64,000 bases of DNA from a virus (IMGVR_UViG_3300021425_000008:1-64000); one strand, 5' to 3'. Counted from the first letter of the stretch, positions 8,813-19,520 are shown. The notes: generated by a model from the letters alone, not told the origin. A program made the numbers and translations.

Positions 8813-9450
8813 CTTCTTACTCTAACGTAACGGGTATAACCAAAAGTCACATCCAATGTGAGAAGGGAATCTTTTTGAGCATATCCCAATTCCATACTAT
8901 TTATAGCTTTTGGATATGCTTGAATCATCTCATATTCCATGTATTTCTGAACACCCGCTTTTAATGGACTGACATAACTTCTTTCAAATTTAGTCAGAAA
9001 CAGACTACTTGATGCATAGTCATTATAATAGTTCTGTCTGTAGAATGCCTGGGGTGATCTATATTCTTCTCTTGTAAGAGTAGATCCAAGACCACTCATA
9101 TAATCCACCCAACCCTCAAAGAATTCTACGATTTCATAATTGTAATCAACGTAGAATGTCAATCCAATCTCATTCTGATATGCTCTACGATATGGAATCT
9201 CTTGTGTCACACCATGATAGTCTGCACTGACTGCGTGTGTAAGAAATGAAGTGGATGGAGTCTTGATGACACTACAAGCTAACTCAAAGTCTTCACCCCG
9301 AGATGTATAACTGACACCACGTTCTGCCATGAAGGATTGAACCGCTGAAGGCGGTGTAAACTTCACCATGTATGTTGTAGGACGAGCGACATTAAGAAGT
9401 CTCGACTTTATTTCAGAAGTTTTATATGATCTCGGCGTTGGACCTGCCAT
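8809..9450 (-). CDS. tail tube-like protein (gp54/gp19 family)
   Basis: AR...Y.V.F, LTFYVD...FFE.W.D, AYP..I....L, TFGY tube-fold pattern; position beside gp48 and gp4. Confidence 0.7.
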   Translation of the reverse strand: MAGPTPRSYKTSEIKSRLLNVARPTTYMVKFTPPSAVQSFMAERGVSYTSRGEDFELACSVIKTPSTSFLTHAVSADYHGVTQEIPYRRAYQNEIGLTFYVDYNYEIVEFFEGWVDYMSGLGSTLTREEYRSPQAFYRQNYYNDYASSSLFLTKFERSYVSPLKAGVQKYMEYEMIQAYPKAINSMELGYAQKDSLLTLDVTFGYTRYVRVRR

Positions 9451-9488
9451 CTAAATACTGATACTACTTCTATTACTATGTATAACTG

Positions 9489-9968
9489 ATGCCAAGGGGT
9501 TCGAAGTATCATCAAGGTAGATTTCACCCTCAGCATCCTGAAAAATATATGGGGGATGCGAGAAATATAGTCTACCGTAGTAGTTGGGAATTACACTTTT
9601 TAAAATGGTGTGATAGAAACGATGCTGTATTGAAATATGCGTCGGAGGAGTTTTCGATACCATATGTGTCACCTGTTGACAAAAGAGTCCATAGATATTA
9701 TCCTGATGGGATTGTACAAATAAGACATCAGGATGGTAGAGTGTGTCGATACATTATTGAGATCAAACCTCAGAAACAATGTGTTGAACCAAAGAAACCA
9801 TCCAGAGTCACAAGGTCATATATCAATGAATGTACAACTTATGCAGTCAATCAAGCCAAATGGAATGCTGCAGCGGAGTTTGCCAAAGATAATGGTGTTC
9901 AGTTCAAAGTTTTGACCGAACATGATCTTGGAATTCCTCAACCAAAAAAGCGTAAAAAACGCAAATAA
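9489..9968 (+). CDS. gp4: head completion nuclease gp4
   Basis: KY.GD..NIVYRSSWE, HRYYPD, IEIKP..Q, NQAKW..A. Confidence 0.93.
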   Translation: MPRGSKYHQGRFHPQHPEKYMGDARNIVYRSSWELHFLKWCDRNDAVLKYASEEFSIPYVSPVDKRVHRYYPDGIVQIRHQDGRVCRYIIEIKPQKQCVEPKKPSRVTRSYINECTTYAVNQAKWNAAAEFAKDNGVQFKVLTEHDLGIPQPKKRKKRK

Positions 9969-10000
9969 ATAATCATATCTGAAATCTTTATTAGATTGTC

Positions 10001-10717
10001 ATGCCTTTACCAAAAATTGCTACCCCAACATATGAGTTGGAATTGCCCTCGACTAAACAAACTATTAAGTTTAGACCTTTCCTAGTCAAAGAAGAGAAGT
10101 TACTTGTTCTTGCATTGGAGAGTGAGGATACAAAAAATATTACTACAGCAATCAAAACAGTCATCAAAAACTGTATTAGTACAAGAGGAATCAAGGTAGA
10201 AAATCTTCCTACTTTTGATATCGAATATCTCTTCTTGAACATTAGGGGTAAGTCTGTTGGTGAGGAAGTTGAAGTAAATCTGGTTGCCCCTGATGATGGT
10301 GAAACAACTGTCACTGTTAAGATTGACCTTGAAGATATCAAGGTTGTCGAAACTGAAGGACACGATAAACAGATCAGGCTTGACGATAATCTTATGATGG
10401 AGATGAAGTACCCATCTCTTGATCAGTTCATCAAAAACAACTTTGACTTCAACGACACAAGTGTTGATAGATCATTTGAATTGATTGCAACTTGTATTGA
10501 TAAAATCTATAACGAAGAAGAGGTTTGGTCTACTGAGGATGTGAGTAAGAAGGAAATTATCGAATTCCTTGAACAAATGAGTTCTGCTCAATTCAAGAAA
10601 ATTGAGAAGTTCTTTGATACAATGCCTAAACTTTCCCACTCAATAGAACTTAAAAACCCAGTCACCAAAGTTAAGAGTACAGTAGTACTGGAGGGTCTCT
10701 CAAGTTTTTTCGGATAG
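10001..10717 (+). CDS. gp26: baseplate hub assembly protein gp26
   Basis: MPLPKI..PTYEL.LPS....IKFRPFLVKEEK, FDIEYLFL.IR.KSVGE, LEGL..FF; ATAAATA late promoter at 9965. Confidence 0.92.
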   Translation: MPLPKIATPTYELELPSTKQTIKFRPFLVKEEKLLVLALESEDTKNITTAIKTVIKNCISTRGIKVENLPTFDIEYLFLNIRGKSVGEEVEVNLVAPDDGETTVTVKIDLEDIKVVETEGHDKQIRLDDNLMMEMKYPSLDQFIKNNFDFNDTSVDRSFELIATCIDKIYNEEEVWSTEDVSKKEIIEFLEQMSSAQFKKIEKFFDTMPKLSHSIELKNPVTKVKSTVVLEGLSSFFG

Positions 10718-10728
10718 GTTTGGTACAC

Positions 10729-10896
10729 ATGGACTTGGAGAACTACTTCAAGTTGAATTTTTCCTTAATGCAGTACCATAAATATTCATTAACAGAGATC
10801 GAAAACATGATGCCTTGGGAAAGGGACATCTATGTTGCATTACTTCAAAATCACTTAGAGGAAGAAGAGCAAAAGATGAAGTCACGCAATGGCTAA
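10729..10896 (+). CDS. gp51: baseplate hub assembly catalyst gp51 (not in ORF track)
   Basis: Manual translation MDLENYFKLNFSLMQYHKYSLTEIENMMPWERDIYVALL. Confidence 0.9.
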   Translation: MDLENYFKLNFSLMQYHKYSLTEIENMMPWERDIYVALLQNHLEEEEQKMKSRNG

Positions 10897-13075
10897 AAAA
10901 ATCCAAAGGAAGTCATCAGATAAAAAGGCAGCTGCTGAGAAAATTCTCAGAGAACTTCAGGATGCCAAAAAATCTGATGATGCACCCGAGGGTTTAGACG
11001 ATCTCATTAAAAGTATTCAAAACGAAGCGAAGAGAGAAGAGAAAAGAAAGAAAGAAGTAACTGCAATAGTTAAGACTATCGGTAAGTCTGACAAGGATAA
11101 ATCAAAACCTGCAGGACAAGATGATATAGATCCAAGAATTCTTGAGTTGCTTGGTATTGAAGATTATGAAGCTGAATTAGATTACGAAGATTACCTTGTC
11201 TTGCTCAAGGAGGCAATGGTCAAGGGTTCGTTTGGTGATAGTAAATTAGCTGATGAAGATTTAGCAAAAATTGCAAACGAAAGGAGGAGAGTTAGAGGTA
11301 AATCTGGTAAATTCAAACCAAAGAAGAAGACGGTAAAGGCTTCGAACTTTGTTGGTAAAACCGAAACGACAGGTCAATCGACACAACAGACTTCTGGTAA
11401 AATTTCAACACTTAGTCCAAGCACAGAACAAGCAAGGACTGAGATAAAGCAAGATCGACAAGAAGAACTTGTTCCTCTTGCAACAACATTATCAAAGATT
11501 GATGATAACCTCAAACAGGTTCTTGAACTTGATAAAGAAAAGAATGACAAAGAAAAGAGAGCTGCAAATAAACTGAGACAAGAAAAGGCGACAGCAAGTA
11601 GAAGAGCACGTGAACAAAAAATGGAGAGCGGATCAGGATCTGATCCAAAGAAACTTGAGAAGGTAACTAAACCATTCACAAGTGCATTTGATGTAATAAT
11701 GAAATTCTTCACTAATATTGCACTTGGAGGACTTGTCAATTTCTTATTGGAGATAATTAAAGATCCTGGAATGATCGTCAGACCATTCTACGACTTTGCT
11801 AATTTTATAATCGATTTTATCAATGACAACATAATCGGTTTTATAAATGAATTTTTATTAGCACCTGTTAATCTACTGATCGGTGGATTGAATAATTCAC
11901 TTAGTGCGATAAATGATGCTGTTAATAGTCTTAAAAAATTAAATCCGTTTGACAATTCACCACCAAATCAATTTGAACCTATTGAAGAGGTTAAATTGGA
12001 TCCAATTCCTAAACTTGATTATCCACAATGGGCACAGAAACAAGAAGACGGTGGTGAAGTTGTAGATGCAAAACAAATATCGATGGAGAAGGGTGGAGCA
12101 ATAACTCCGAACACTGGTGTGAAAGTAGAAGGTATGGGTAAAGACACCCAACTTGTTGCTGCACAACCAGGTGAAGTTATGATGAGTAAGAAGGCAGTTG
12201 ATACATATGGTGCGTCCAACCTTCTGAAAGCAAATGCTGCTGCTGGTGGTAGTAACATTCCAACCTTTGCAAAAATTCAGGGACTTGAGGGAGGAGGTAA
12301 AGTCACTGATAATTTCCCTGACTTTGGAAGCATCCTCGGTATGTCAGGTGGTGGCATGGTCGGTGGTGAAAATGATAACTTCGCAAAAGAGATGATCAAG
12401 GTCCATGAAGGACTACGACTTGACAAATACCTTGATAGTCGTGGATTGCCCCATATTGGTTATGGTCACTTGATTGAGAAAGGTGAGTCTATGCCTGACC
12501 GTATCACCAAACAGAAGGCAGATGAATTGTTTGATATGGATTATGAACATCATAAGGCAGCTGCCAAGAAAATTCCTGGATACGATAAGGCAAGTGGGTT
12601 ACAGAAAGCAGCTCTGATTGACTTGACATTTAATATGGGTCCTGCATGGGCAAGTGGATTCCCATCATTTAAGAAGGCATTTGCTGCTGGTGATTATGAT
12701 CGAGCAGGAAAAGAATTAGTTGATAGTGCATGGTATGGTCAAGTTGGTCGAAGAGCACCAACGATTGTGAATCTGATCAAGGGTAAGAGTGCTAATGCAG
12801 CATATCTGAAAGACGTACCTAAACCAACATCAGGGTCTGGTGGGTCGAGTCAAATGCAGATGTCTTCCTCATCAACTTCTTCCTCATCTAACATTCAACC
12901 ATACAGTAGTGATAGTGGTGGAGGAGCACAGGTAGCTATACCTTTACCACAAAAACAACAAGGAACAAATAGTACATCATCTGCTGGTCAAAAAACAGTA
13001 CCAGGATTCTCTGCTGAAGACTTGAATAATTTTGATTTGATTGTGGTTAAATCAATCTATAACATAGTGGGGTAA
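10889..13075 (+). CDS. hub/tape-measure-like virion protein with C-terminal GH24 lysozyme domain
   Basis: Long coiled-coil N-half; HEGLRLDKYLDSRGLPHIGYGH, FNMG, DS.W..QVG.RA. Confidence 0.8.
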   Translation: MAKKIQRKSSDKKAAAEKILRELQDAKKSDDAPEGLDDLIKSIQNEAKREEKRKKEVTAIVKTIGKSDKDKSKPAGQDDIDPRILELLGIEDYEAELDYEDYLVLLKEAMVKGSFGDSKLADEDLAKIANERRRVRGKSGKFKPKKKTVKASNFVGKTETTGQSTQQTSGKISTLSPSTEQARTEIKQDRQEELVPLATTLSKIDDNLKQVLELDKEKNDKEKRAANKLRQEKATASRRAREQKMESGSGSDPKKLEKVTKPFTSAFDVIMKFFTNIALGGLVNFLLEIIKDPGMIVRPFYDFANFIIDFINDNIIGFINEFLLAPVNLLIGGLNNSLSAINDAVNSLKKLNPFDNSPPNQFEPIEEVKLDPIPKLDYPQWAQKQEDGGEVVDAKQISMEKGGAITPNTGVKVEGMGKDTQLVAAQPGEVMMSKKAVDTYGASNLLKANAAAGGSNIPTFAKIQGLEGGGKVTDNFPDFGSILGMSGGGMVGGENDNFAKEMIKVHEGLRLDKYLDSRGLPHIGYGHLIEKGESMPDRITKQKADELFDMDYEHHKAAAKKIPGYDKASGLQKAALIDLTFNMGPAWASGFPSFKKAFAAGDYDRAGKELVDSAWYGQVGRRAPTIVNLIKGKSANAAYLKDVPKPTSGSGGSSQMQMSSSSTSSSSNIQPYSSDSGGGAQVAIPLPQKQQGTNSTSSAGQKTVPGFSAEDLNNFDLIVVKSIYNIVG

Positions 13076-13078
13076 GAT

Positions 13079-15775
13079 ATGGCTTTACCTATGTTACTGG
13101 TAGGGGTTACAAAAGGTCTACTTGATGTTACTGCCAAGAAGGTAGTTGGTGGAGGGGATAAAAAAACAAAAGGGGCAAAAAAGTTTGTCTCTGGTAAGGA
13201 AGCATCTGCTATTGTAAAAAAGGAAAAGGGTGATATTGTAAAGAAATCGGATGTCATCCCAAGAAGACAGACAAAGTTTATAAGTCTTCCGTCTTCAGTT
13301 TACAAGGTTCCAGATACAAAGACCGATAAAGACGCATCCGTTGATAGTCTGAAGAAGCAACTTGAAAATATTGATAAGACCACTCAATCATTGATATTGA
13401 TTGGTAAGACTGAGAATGAAAACCTTCAGGCAATGGCTCGAAGTGTTGAAGAAGAATCTGACAAAAGACAAAGAGAAAGACTTGAAAATAATTTAGAAAA
13501 AGGAAAGAAGAAAGGTAAGAAAGGTGCATCCTTTATTACACCACAAGGTGGTTTTGATCCTCTCGGTTTTCTAACAAATATTTTATTAGGAGGAGCTGCA
13601 TTAGGTCTCCTAAATCTTATCAATAAAACATTTCCGAAGGGAGGTTCTGGAAAGAAGACTGAATTAGGTGCCCTTAAGAATTTTCTTGTAGCTGGTGCAG
13701 TATTACTCGAACCTGCTAAACAAGCTCTAAAGGCAATTGGTTCTAAATTAGGTGCAATAGGAAGTCGAATAAAATCTAAATTTACTGGAGTTATTGGACG
13801 TTTTAAGGGAGGAGTCAAAAATCTCGTACAAACATTTAAAGATGGAATGAAACGTCTGTTGGGTGTAAAGAAATTTACTCCAACTTCGGCAGCACAATAT
13901 TATACTAAAAGAGGTGGTCCAGGAGGAGGACCATTAAAACCTGGTATGTCAGGTCCAACTGGACCTCGTGCTGCAGCAAAGTCAATACAAAAGATGCATG
14001 GGCATGCTGCCAGAGGTATCTACGAAAATGCGATTGAAAATGGGAAGAGTCCTGTACAAGCAAAGGCTGCGGTTGATAGAGCACTGAAGAAAGGACAGAT
14101 TACATCAAAACCACAGACAGGTTCTCTTGCTGGAACTGATAAAGGAAGTAATATTTTCAAACAGGGTTTAAGAAAATCACCTAGTAGAGCTGTTACCAAG
14201 GTTCTTGGAAAGAGTGGTGTCAAGGCAATGAAGTCCTTTGGTAAATTATTTAAGAAGATCCCTATTGTCGGATCTTTGTTGGTAGGTGTTTTCTCTTACA
14301 TTGAAACTGGAAAATTAGATCAAGCATTGTTTCGTGCAGGTGGTTCGGCAATTGGTGGTGCATTAGGTACATTGCTCCCACTTCCAGGTCTTGGTACATT
14401 ACTTGGTACATTTATTGGTGAGTATATTGGAGATCTTTTCTACACTGGAATAAAGGGAGGCGGTATTGAAGGTGTTGGTAAGAAGTTAAAGCAAGACTTC
14501 TTGGCTGCATTAGAATTTGGTAAGATTGGATTAGATTGGATAGGTGGTGTATTAGTAAAGGCAAAGGATGCTGCATTAGAGTGGATGAAGGGTGTCTTCA
14601 CCAGATTTTATGAGGCACTTCCAAAGTTGAAGTTCCCTGAGAAGATTGGTATCGGTTGGGCATCGATAGACTTCCCGTTCGGTCTTGGTGGTAAAGAAAT
14701 CCCTCATCCAAGAATGTTCACTACTGGAATCGTCGAACTTCCTGCTGCAATGATGAAGGCCATTACAAATCCAGATAATTCATCAAAGGGACCTGTTGAT
14801 GCACCTAATGCAGATGTCAATAATCCAGAGGAAGGATCTGGAAGTTCCCCTCATGTGACCTCTACATCGGGTTCTTCATCTCCGTCCACAATTACACCCG
14901 TTACATCTGGTGGTTCTCTTAAGGACACCGTAGATGTCGTAAACTTCCAGAGTATCGGTGCAGGGAAGGGTCCTGTTGGAATGACAAGTGGAAGAGGTAG
15001 AAGATGGGGTAGGATGCATCGTGGTGTTGATATTGGTACCTCTGGTCAGAAAGGTTGGTATGTTGCACTTAAACTCAAGGGTAAAGTGACTGACGTGGGA
15101 TATTTCTCAGGTTATGGGGAGACTGTTATCATCACATCAGGTGGTAAGGATTATCTGTTCGCACACCTGGCAGCAGGTAGTATTATGGTCAAGAAAGGTC
15201 AGAACTATAATGGTGAAGTCATCGGTGAGATTGGTAACACTGGTGCTGGAACTGGTGAACACCTTCACTTCGAAGTCAGTCCTGAAGGGACGGGTGGTTA
15301 TAAACAGGATGAAGATCCAATGCCTTATGTTCAATATCTACAGATCGGTAGATATGATGGTACTGCAAACAGTGATCAAGGACAGAATGATACATCCTCT
15401 CAAGGTGAACTAAGTGTAGAGCAACCACCTAAGAGAAGTGACTTTAGTTCTGGAAGAAGTGGTGGTAAGGCATTTGCACAAGCACAAAAAGAATATAAAG
15501 AACGACAGGCTCAGGCACAATTAAGTTCATCACAACCATCCACACAAAGTCAAGCATCAAGTACGAGTAGTATTTCACAACGAACTTTATATACACCAGG
15601 ACCAGGATCATCAGGCACAGGTACAGTGATTGCTCCTATGCCAGCACAGGCACCTGCAGGTGGAGGGGGTGGTGGTGGAGGAGCACCTGTTGGTGGTATT
15701 GGTCCGACTACAAAAGACGTAGTAAATAGTTATTATATGTCACAGCTTCTTGGCTTCTTATATAAACAGGGATAA
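13079..15775 (+). CDS. tape-measure-like virion protein with M23 peptidase domain
   Basis: K/G-rich amphipathic region; HRGVD, Y.FAHL, GNTG.GTG.HLHFEV. Confidence 0.8.
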   Translation: MALPMLLVGVTKGLLDVTAKKVVGGGDKKTKGAKKFVSGKEASAIVKKEKGDIVKKSDVIPRRQTKFISLPSSVYKVPDTKTDKDASVDSLKKQLENIDKTTQSLILIGKTENENLQAMARSVEEESDKRQRERLENNLEKGKKKGKKGASFITPQGGFDPLGFLTNILLGGAALGLLNLINKTFPKGGSGKKTELGALKNFLVAGAVLLEPAKQALKAIGSKLGAIGSRIKSKFTGVIGRFKGGVKNLVQTFKDGMKRLLGVKKFTPTSAAQYYTKRGGPGGGPLKPGMSGPTGPRAAAKSIQKMHGHAARGIYENAIENGKSPVQAKAAVDRALKKGQITSKPQTGSLAGTDKGSNIFKQGLRKSPSRAVTKVLGKSGVKAMKSFGKLFKKIPIVGSLLVGVFSYIETGKLDQALFRAGGSAIGGALGTLLPLPGLGTLLGTFIGEYIGDLFYTGIKGGGIEGVGKKLKQDFLAALEFGKIGLDWIGGVLVKAKDAALEWMKGVFTRFYEALPKLKFPEKIGIGWASIDFPFGLGGKEIPHPRMFTTGIVELPAAMMKAITNPDNSSKGPVDAPNADVNNPEEGSGSSPHVTSTSGSSSPSTITPVTSGGSLKDTVDVVNFQSIGAGKGPVGMTSGRGRRWGRMHRGVDIGTSGQKGWYVALKLKGKVTDVGYFSGYGETVIITSGGKDYLFAHLAAGSIMVKKGQNYNGEVIGEIGNTGAGTGEHLHFEVSPEGTGGYKQDEDPMPYVQYLQIGRYDGTANSDQGQNDTSSQGELSVEQPPKRSDFSSGRSGGKAFAQAQKEYKERQAQAQLSSSQPSTQSQASSTSSISQRTLYTPGPGSSGTGTVIAPMPAQAPAGGGGGGGGAPVGGIGPTTKDVVNSYYMSQLLGFLYKQG

Positions 15776-17073
15776 TGTCAGATTCACTTACAGGACCATC
15801 TAATATTCAAAAGTTCAAAATCTCTTCAAACCAGGGAGGTGATTCAGCAGATCTTACTGGTGGTATTGTTGATTTTAGATATTATGAGAGTGTACTGTCT
15901 AATAATGTCACAGCAACAGCAGTGATTACTGATAGTGGTTTCAAGGGTGAAGGTGACACACTTAAGGAAGATAAAGGTGTGTTAGACAGTCTTCCTATCA
16001 GAGGTGGTGAGAGAACTGATATTGTTATCGAAGATAATTATGGTAATCAACTTACATTTAAAGATGGATTGTATGTGAATAGAGTGAGGGGTGCGGATCC
16101 TGGATCTCAGAAAGAAGTATTTTCCATTGACTTTGCATCGAAAGAATTTTTTGCAAATGAACAGTCAAGGGTACTGGGAAGATATGAAGGAAAAATATCT
16201 GAACATGTCAATAAAATTATCACTGCAATGAAGGGTACTCTTGTAAAGGTTGATAACACATCATTGAACTACAACTTCATTGGTAATGATAGAAAACCAT
16301 TTTACACTTGTACCTGGTTAGCATCGAAGGCTGTTCCTGATAAAGATGTTGGTAAGAGAGCAGGATATCTTTTCTTTCAAACAAGAGATGGATTCTTCTT
16401 TAGATCAATTGATAGTATCTTTGATGAGGATGCTGGTAAGAAATATATCCTAAACAACACTGGTCAATTACCTCAGGGGTATGATGCAAATATTCTTGAC
16501 TATAGTATTGATAGTGACATTGATTTAAAATCCAATCTTACATTAGGTACATACAATAGTAGAGCTATCTACTTCAATCCATTTGCAATGGATTATTATG
16601 TCAAAGAATTTAAATATCAATCAGATAGTCTTGGAAAGGCAGGTAAATATTTTGGTGGAGATCAAGTTGCAGAAGAGTTCACCCAAACTCCAACCAGATT
16701 GATGAGTCATATATTTGATGTTGGTGCAATGCCTAACGGATCTGGTAATGATCAATTGGCCCAATGGAAAGCAAATTCTACAGCACCAAATTACGATGCT
16801 GAGAACACCATGGCACAATCAGTCATGAGATATAATCAGATCTTCTCTGTCAAGACTAATATCACTATTCCTCTCGATTATAGTATCAAGGCAGGTACTC
16901 TTGTTCAATGTGACTTCCCAGAAGTCAGTGGTGAACATAACATGGAAAAGAACGAACAGACAGGCGGGATATATATGGTAGCAAGTGTGTGCCATAGAAA
17001 CACACAACGTGAAAGTTTCACGAGATTGGCTCTGGTTAGAGACTCATTCGGAAGTAAAACAGGATTCAAATGA
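15775..17073 (+). CDS. baseplate hub protein (gp27/gpD-like)
   Basis: YYESVL, GYLFFQT.DGF.F.SID, GG.Y.V..VCH...T.L.L.RDS; directly upstream of gp5. Confidence 0.65.
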   Translation: MSDSLTGPSNIQKFKISSNQGGDSADLTGGIVDFRYYESVLSNNVTATAVITDSGFKGEGDTLKEDKGVLDSLPIRGGERTDIVIEDNYGNQLTFKDGLYVNRVRGADPGSQKEVFSIDFASKEFFANEQSRVLGRYEGKISEHVNKIITAMKGTLVKVDNTSLNYNFIGNDRKPFYTCTWLASKAVPDKDVGKRAGYLFFQTRDGFFFRSIDSIFDEDAGKKYILNNTGQLPQGYDANILDYSIDSDIDLKSNLTLGTYNSRAIYFNPFAMDYYVKEFKYQSDSLGKAGKYFGGDQVAEEFTQTPTRLMSHIFDVGAMPNGSGNDQLAQWKANSTAPNYDAENTMAQSVMRYNQIFSVKTNITIPLDYSIKAGTLVQCDFPEVSGEHNMEKNEQTGGIYMVASVCHRNTQRESFTRLALVRDSFGSKTGFK

Positions 17074-19520
17074 TCGAACAAGGACTCTTTAAAAGATATT
17101 TTGTAGGTAGAGACGGATTCATCTGGTGGATTGGTCAGATTGCTCCTGAGTCTTCATGGAAAGATAATAAACCCTCTGGTCCTGTCGGATCCAATGGAGA
17201 CATACAGGGTTTTGGTGAGAGATATCGTGTCCGTATTATGGGTTATCATACGGCAGATGTCGATAGTCTTCCTGATGAAGAACTACCATGGGCGTATATC
17301 ATGTATCCAGTCACGGCTGGTACAGGTAGTAGAGGAAGTTCTGCATCAGCAAATATTACTCAAGGTGATTTTGTCTTTGGTTTCTTCATGGATGGTGAAG
17401 ATGCTCAGATGCCAGTCATCATGGGTCTTCTTGGTAATAATGAATATGCTGCAGTTCAGAAAAATATTACACCAGCAAGATTCATTCCTTTCAGTGGATT
17501 TACAGAATCGGATCAGCTTCCCAGATATTCGATCAAGACCAATCAAGGTGACGAAGTAGTTCAACAGACTGGTGCTCAAACTACAGACGGCAATACACAA
17601 GCACAGGGTGATCAGGCAGAAGCACCTAACAATGCAGTTGCCGATGAATCTGCAACCCAATCTACCACAACAATAGATGCTGCGTCCACTGCTGCTGCAC
17701 AAGAACAGACACAACCTCTAGCCCAACCCTCAGACTGTGAACCCATTCCCATGGGTAAAATTCAACAGGACATTCAAAATGCAATCACTGAAATCCAGAA
17801 GTTACAAAAATCAATTACTGATTATGAACTGGTAGTTACAATTTCTGGCAGAGAATATAGTATATCTGACATAGAACAGTTAATTCAAGAGAAATTAGCA
17901 TGGGTGACTGAAAAGGTTTCTGAGGGCATCAAATGGGTGATGAAACAATCTCAGAAGTTTGTGACTAGAAAAATCAATGATATTATGAATAAGACATATT
18001 TTCTCATATTCCCCAGTGATAGACCTGCACTCCATACTGCAATTCAAACAGTCATGGATCTTATTGCATGTCTGTTTAGAAAATTTGTCGGTAGTTTGAT
18101 TAAAGATGTTGGTGAAATGATGAAGAAGGTTGCATCTAATGTGATCAACGCAGCTGCATGTGTAGTTGAAAATCTAGTTGCAAATACTCTTGGACAAATC
18201 ATCGGTGAAATTTCTTCAGCAGTGAATGATGTATTAGGTGGTATCACTGCACTTACAGGTCAGGCAACTGCACTGGCAGGTGAAGTACTTGGAATCGTCA
18301 CTGACCTTCTTTCATTCTTGAGTTGTGAAGAATCACCAAATTGTAGTGATGTCAATAATTGGAATATCTTGAGCGGTGCTGCCCCACTTGCTTCAGGTGA
18401 CATTGATTCGTTGATTAGTAAGGCAACTGCAATTGCAGACACTGCTGCTGGTATTGTTGATGGTGCTACAAGTGTTGGTGAGGGTCTTGATTTCTCTAAT
18501 GTTCTTGAACTCGATTCTTGTAATCTTGGTCCTATTCTATGTGGAGCACCTTTAGCACAATTCTGGGGTGGATCAGGTGCAGGAGCTGCAGCTAACCTTG
18601 TGATTTCAAATGTAGGTGAAGTTATTGGTGTTGATTTATTAAGTTTTGGTGCTGGATATTCAAATGCAAAAGCCAATGTAAATGATCCATGTGGTAATGG
18701 AAGTGGTGCATATTTACAACCAGTCGTTGGTAATTATTTCACCGATGCTACTGATGATGATGGTAATGTCATATTGGATTCACAAGGTAATCCGTTACAA
18801 GTAGAAGTCGAGAATGGAATTATTGATGTTATTATAATTGAACCTGGTGCTGGTTACCTTGCAGGTCCTAACGGAAGTAAAGGTGCTAATGGTTATACTT
18901 GGGCAGATCCTGAGGACACAACTGTCAAACATCCTGATGGTTCATATGATACACCTAAACCACCAGGTATTCCTATCACTGTCAATCCTGGTGATGAGGT
19001 TGAAACACCATCAGGAACTATCGTGGTTACAGAACCACAACCAGGTGGAACAGATGATGAGATTGGACAAGGTGGTGGTGAAGAAATTATAGGTGGTGGT
19101 CCTACTATCATCACCTCTCCAGGTGTATTCACATCTCCGAAACCCGACTTTGAGAGGACTGCTGGACAATACCCAGTTGTTTCAAGTGGTTCTTACCCAG
19201 TTCTTCTCTATCTTTGTGATGTTTTGATTCTTAACTCTGGATTCAACTATTCAGAGGGTGATCAGGTAATAATCGAACCTGATATTGGTGCAAAAGCTGA
19301 AGCTAAGTTTGATGCTCAAGGTAGAGTTACATCTATCAAGGTAACTGAGGGAGCAGAAGGATTTACTGAGTTCCCAAGACTTTACATTAGATCAAATTCA
19401 GGTTATAATGCTGACTTACGTCCTAGACTCTGTATAGATAGAGTTGGTTCAGATGAACTCAAAGAACCTATGGTACAAGACAAGATCGTCAGTGTAATTG
19501 ATTGTGTAGGTAAATTTTAA
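17070..19520 (+). CDS. gp5: gp5-like baseplate hub protein (N-terminal OB fold)
   Basis: WWIGQ...RYRVRIMGYH...LPWA...VFGFF.DG.DAQ.PVI.G. Confidence 0.85.
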   Translation: MIEQGLFKRYFVGRDGFIWWIGQIAPESSWKDNKPSGPVGSNGDIQGFGERYRVRIMGYHTADVDSLPDEELPWAYIMYPVTAGTGSRGSSASANITQGDFVFGFFMDGEDAQMPVIMGLLGNNEYAAVQKNITPARFIPFSGFTESDQLPRYSIKTNQGDEVVQQTGAQTTDGNTQAQGDQAEAPNNAVADESATQSTTTIDAASTAAAQEQTQPLAQPSDCEPIPMGKIQQDIQNAITEIQKLQKSITDYELVVTISGREYSISDIEQLIQEKLAWVTEKVSEGIKWVMKQSQKFVTRKINDIMNKTYFLIFPSDRPALHTAIQTVMDLIACLFRKFVGSLIKDVGEMMKKVASNVINAAACVVENLVANTLGQIIGEISSAVNDVLGGITALTGQATALAGEVLGIVTDLLSFLSCEESPNCSDVNNWNILSGAAPLASGDIDSLISKATAIADTAAGIVDGATSVGEGLDFSNVLELDSCNLGPILCGAPLAQFWGGSGAGAAANLVISNVGEVIGVDLLSFGAGYSNAKANVNDPCGNGSGAYLQPVVGNYFTDATDDDGNVILDSQGNPLQVEVENGIIDVIIIEPGAGYLAGPNGSKGANGYTWADPEDTTVKHPDGSYDTPKPPGIPITVNPGDEVETPSGTIVVTEPQPGGTDDEIGQGGGEEIIGGGPTIITSPGVFTSPKPDFERTAGQYPVVSSGSYPVLLYLCDVLILNSGFNYSEGDQVIIEPDIGAKAEAKFDAQGRVTSIKVTEGAEGFTEFPRLYIRSNSGYNADLRPRLCIDRVGSDELKEPMVQDKIVSVIDCVGKF

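Noticed and set aside
9489-9968. TnsA transposase
   Set aside because: T4 gp4 shares this fold; context is the virion module with no transposon ends
10733-10753. Downstream hairpin as frameshift stimulator
   Set aside because: The ACTTGGAG/CTTCAAGT stem begins about 21 nt after the slippery site, too far for the canonical 5-9 nt spacing
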